This document shows, piece by piece, positions 59,124-64,000 of a DNA stretch of 64,000 bases. This DNA comes from the human T2T-CHM13v2.0 reference genome, Homo sapiens, in the NCBI RefSeq assembly GCF_009914755.1, contig NC_060933.1. The stretch is one strand, 5' to 3'. The notes beneath the pieces were generated by a model, which made no database searches, was not told the origin of the DNA, and saw nothing but the letters and a program-made list of their open reading frames with translations. Numbering within the stretch: the first letter of the stretch is position 1; every line of letters begins with the position of its first letter. The position numbers were made by a program, and so were the translations under genes.

Positions 59124-59157
59124 AAAAGTGATAGTATATTAATATGCTATCACTTTT
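59124..59157. repeat. 34-bp near-perfect palindrome
   Basis: aaaagtgatagtatatt|aatatgctatcactttt, one T-G mismatch. Confidence 0.95.
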
Positions 59158-59668
59158 CAAGTGTTTAATAATTTTCAAATGTTTAATAATAGAGTAACAG
59201 CCAAGAAGTATGTATGGGTCATGAGTCAGGAACATTTAAATAGATCTAGCTGATTATAAAGTAAATCTATAGAAGCCTTTTTGTTGCTGTTTTTCTCTTT
59301 TGAATCAAGGACATGAGTTCAAATACCACATTAACTCAAGAGGTAAAAGCTGTGTCCCCCATCCTAAGAAGTTGTAGGAGAGAATATGTCAAATTTCTCT
59401 TACAAAAATAGAGTCATTCTACAGTAGAGTCTTTCTATAGAGTCATTATATAAAGTGAAGATGGCTTCATATGTATGTGACGCAAATGAACCTCTCATTG
59501 GAAACCTTATATTTTATATTAAAAAAGAAGCAGTTTAATTAAAATGCAAATTTGGGATAAGTATGAATTCCTATCAGATGTATGTTGACACTTGCACTGA
59601 GGTAATTGAAGAGTGTTTTAAAGTGTATTTACTTATGTTTGCCACATATTTATTGCTTTGTTAAAGGC

Positions 59669-59937
59669 CAAAGTTTTGGTTTTTGGTTACATCTGAGATA
59701 CATCCTGTATTAGAAGAATGTTTCTAAGTAGGCCTTTAAGGCTTTTAAAATAAATAACAAGTGTAGGAGAAGATGGTTTCTAGAAGGTGCTTTGATGAAA
59801 TTTCACAAAGTTTTGTTTTTTGGTTACACTTAAGATACACCTGTATTAGAAGAATGTTCATAAGTAGGCCCTTAAGGCTTTTAAAATGACAAGTGTAGGA
59901 GAAGATTGTTTCTAGAGGGTGCTTTGATGAAATTTCA
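59669..59937 (+). repeat. Two-copy tandem duplication (137 + 132 bp)
   Basis: caaagtttt...ctgtattagaagaatgtt...aaggcttttaaaat...gtgctttgatgaaatttca x2. Confidence 0.95.
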
Positions 59938-61243
59938 CCGGCTGGCTATCTGTATATAATCAGGTGTGCCCACAGAGAAGGCAACAATGAAGCTATTCAG
60001 GCAGGGCAGCAGAAAACACAGGCAAAGCAATTGTTTACAACTCAACAACTGGGTCATTAGGAATTTTCATCTTTCGATCAGCTACCCTGGCTTTGAGTAG
60101 CCACAGCCAGCGCGTGTTTCAAAAAAGGACAAAACTCTATTTGCAAATAGCCTGCTACTAAAAAATATGTTTCTTTATTATAAAGTCCTGTTGGAATTTA
60201 CTACTGCAAAGCAAACCACTCTGACTTACTCTTTTCTGTGTGCTTAGCCCTGCAATATTACCAGCTGTTAAGTAAAAATGTTCTTAGGTCAAGATGTTAA
60301 ATTTGCAACTGGTTTACTTTATCGCAAGTCTCTGCTTTATTTGGGAAGCCTTTTTTTCCCTCCTTCTTCTTTTCATATAATATAAAAAGGTATCTTCAAA
60401 TTTCACTGGCTTTAAAAAAAGGTATCTTCAAGTCCTTTCCATGAACTGTACCAGCAAAACAGTTCATGCACAGGTATCTGCCTCGTGCCACCCGTGGCGG
60501 TGGAGTGTGATGCGTTGTTTCATTGATGGATAATAATGCCCCCGTGCAATTTAACAAACCCTTTCTAGCCACTTCCTTTTTTCCTCTCCAGCAACTTATC
60601 CTGCCATCCGGAATTCATAGCTGGTTTCGTTTGCTTTCTAGTACAAGTTATTGGCAACCAAGTTTGCCAATGCCTCAAGTGGCTTCTTATGAAAGATTTC
60701 AATGGATAGAGGTATCTTTCACTTCAGCAATTGAATTAGCTAGCTATTGTATATGGTAACCTGATGCAACTTACTGATTGGTTCATAAGACATATTTAAC
60801 ACAAAATCAGCCTATGGGAAAATAGATTTCAGATATTAAAATTCCCTGTGGGTATCTGGATGGTACTATCCCTAGATTACAGCTGGGGACCTTATTTGCA
60901 GAAGAGGAGCCGGAAGACAAGCTGAGCTGATTTTCCTGTTTCTCCCTGAGCTTTGCTCTTCCAGGAGTCCCCCACCCCTCCTCCCAAAGAGGCTCTCTAT
61001 TGAGATTGTTACTGCTATGAAAGCCATATGTTACAGGTTCATGTAGCCATTCTATGTTGAAGGCAAGCTTCCTTGCACAAAGCATTCCAGGAAGCCACTC
61101 TGATTTCTAGATCTTTATTTACAGGGTTTTTCTTTCATTTGCCAGTGATATAGTTCGAATTTTTTTAAAAAGGCTTGTAGTATATTATGACCCATTGAGA
61201 TGCATTCGCTCTTCCAAAAAGCACGTGTACAGGTCTCTTCTGA

Positions 61244-62269
<1,026 letters not shown>

Positions 62270-62406
62270 AGTGGTGCTGGATGGGTGGTGGCCAGGTGAC
62301 ATTTTCTGTGCGTTTTGACCCTGAGGCATCTGAGGAGAGGCCACATCTTGTGTATGCCCTTTCCTTCTGTTTGACAAAGTGACTGTGCTTGATTCTATAC
62401 ATTAGC

Positions 62407-62412
62407 AATAAA
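62407..62412 (+). terminator. DMRT3: Proximal polyadenylation signal AATAAA (DMRT3)
   Basis: Canonical hexamer ~140 nt after the stop. Confidence 0.45.
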
Positions 62413-62977
62413 AACATAACTTATTTAACTTCTTGCACTTCACTGGAAAATGCCAAATAGCTCTGTTCTGTGGCTTTAGTGCTGAATGTTTATTGTAAAA
62501 GAGAGTCTAATGTTAAGAATAGTCTTGGGAAGGCTGGGTCCGTGGAAGATTTATTTGGGGATGTAAAGCTGAAGGTCAGCCTTGCACCTAAACCCAACCT
62601 GGAATGTTAAATGAAATAATATACTTGAATGCAATTTTGTAAAAGTGGATTCCTCAGGATATGTGAAACCTAAAGGAAGTGGTTCTGTTGCAAATGGACT
62701 ATAAACAGGGACATTATATTCTTACACTAAAAATCCTTGCATTTTAAAGAGAGATGCACTTAAGAATAGAGTGAACTGCTCATATGCTTATTTAAGCTTG
62801 GACAGTTTTCAGAGACAAACCCCATTAAGAATTACTCTTTTCACATGGCTGAATCGAAACATGTGTAATGTCAATGTAAAACCAATCACAGCTGTGAACT
62901 GCATGAAATGTATTGTGAAACGAACACAAGATTAAGCTTTGTCAGGTTAATGTAGCATGTTAAGGACTCTAGAAAAA

Positions 62978-62983
62978 AATAAA
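62978..62983 (+). terminator. DMRT3: Distal polyadenylation signal AATAAA (DMRT3)
   Basis: Canonical hexamer with GU-rich downstream element. Confidence 0.8.
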
Positions 62984-63189
62984 CTAAGGAGACGAGCGTG
63001 GTTTATGTCATTTCTACTTGTGGAAAGAGGATCTCTAAAAATAGAAACTTGATGTAAAAATGACTTTTACTAACGCATGGGCCAGGAATCAAATTATCAG
63101 TTAAATGAGACATTCCTGAGAAATATGAATGGCAAAGTTTTAGGGTTGCATTCAGAAAGATAATTTGTTCAAAATGGAGTTAATTCTCT

Positions 63190-63420
63190 CCATCCATTCA
63201 CTTATTCAACAGATACTTACTGAGTGCCTACTATGTGTAAGAGAATGTGCTTTCCATGTATTGTCCAAGTTACCTACCCGTGAGTCCTAGATAAGCAGAT
63301 ATTTTAGTGGAGAATCCCATTGAAAACAAAGTAAAAATGGAAAACTCCCAACAATGTATAGTTGAGTGTGGGAAGCAAGGAAAGTGCTTAGCCCAGTACC
63401 TGACATAGGAAGTATGCAGT
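63190..63420. mobile_element. L2/MIR fragments downstream of DMRT3
   Basis: cattcacttattcaacagatacttactgagtgcctactatgtg; aaagtgcttagcccagtacctgacatagg. Confidence 0.7.
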
Positions 63421-64000
63421 CCATGAAAACTACTGCTTCTATTAATGAAATTCAGTAGCCTTGCATTCAGAATATAGACGTGCATTCCTTCATTCTTACT
63501 TGGAGACCATGCCATTCTGGTTTGAGGCAAAACATTGAAAACCAGGGCTTTTTTCTTTCGTTTTAAAAACATTCTTGAGGTGCTGTATATGACAAACTTC
63601 TTGCTCAGATTTTTTTTTTTAGAGAGAAGTTTCAAACAGTAACATTCAGTGGTGCTCACACCAACCACTTCTCTGACTTACTGTTTCCATTTTTCAAAGT
63701 GCTTGAAAGGTAAGATGACTGCTTAGGTCAGACAATAAACTTACAAATGTGGAAGGGAAAGTAAATAAGCAAATAAATAAAAGCCTCTACATGACAAGGA
63801 TGCAGAGAGAGCTCCCAGTGCAGGAATAAGTCTTAAAAGGTTCTTCGGTCCTCGGAGGGAGAAGGGCAAGTTCTCTCAGCCTGAGATGCTCCCCACCCTT
63901 GAATGGGTTCCCAAGAGAAGGGAGATATGTAAAAGAGCCTTCTCATTTTTAATTCCATTGGGCACTTTTGACATGAAAAACCTTTGAGGAGAAAAAATCC

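Larger units (their letters stand above)
62270..63000 (+). other. DMRT3: DMRT3 3' UTR (end approximate)
   Basis: AT-rich unique sequence; AATAAA at 62978-62983 followed by gtggtttatgtcattt. Confidence 0.8.

Overview
Human (or very close hominid) genomic DNA from the 9p24.3 DMRT cluster, with both genes on the + strand. Bases 1-39252 are the distal part of the last intron of DMRT1, dense in Alu, L1M, L2, MIR, MaLR/ERVL LTR and hAT MITE relics. The DMRT1 terminal exon follows (CDS 39253-39407, 3' UTR to about 40358). Next come an AT-rich unique block and a large orphan CpG island (about 40.4-44.6 kb), more unique candidate regulatory DNA, and the complete two-exon DMRT3 gene (CDS 48272-48725 + 61305-62269, 472 aa, DM and DMA domains). 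Most other ORFs in the track are Alu/L1 or GC-rich shadow frames. I cannot demonstrate a new biological system here. The best unexplained signals are (1) a 480-bp, ~99% identical inverted templated copy inside old L1 DNA (8472-8951 vs 11137-11616) with a fold-back junction, (2) a decayed calcineurin-A-like peptide on the minus strand of the DMRT1 intron, and (3) several palindromes, local duplications and TCF/LEF motif clusters in the DMRT3 intron. Repeat subfamily names and ends are from visual recognition and are approximate.
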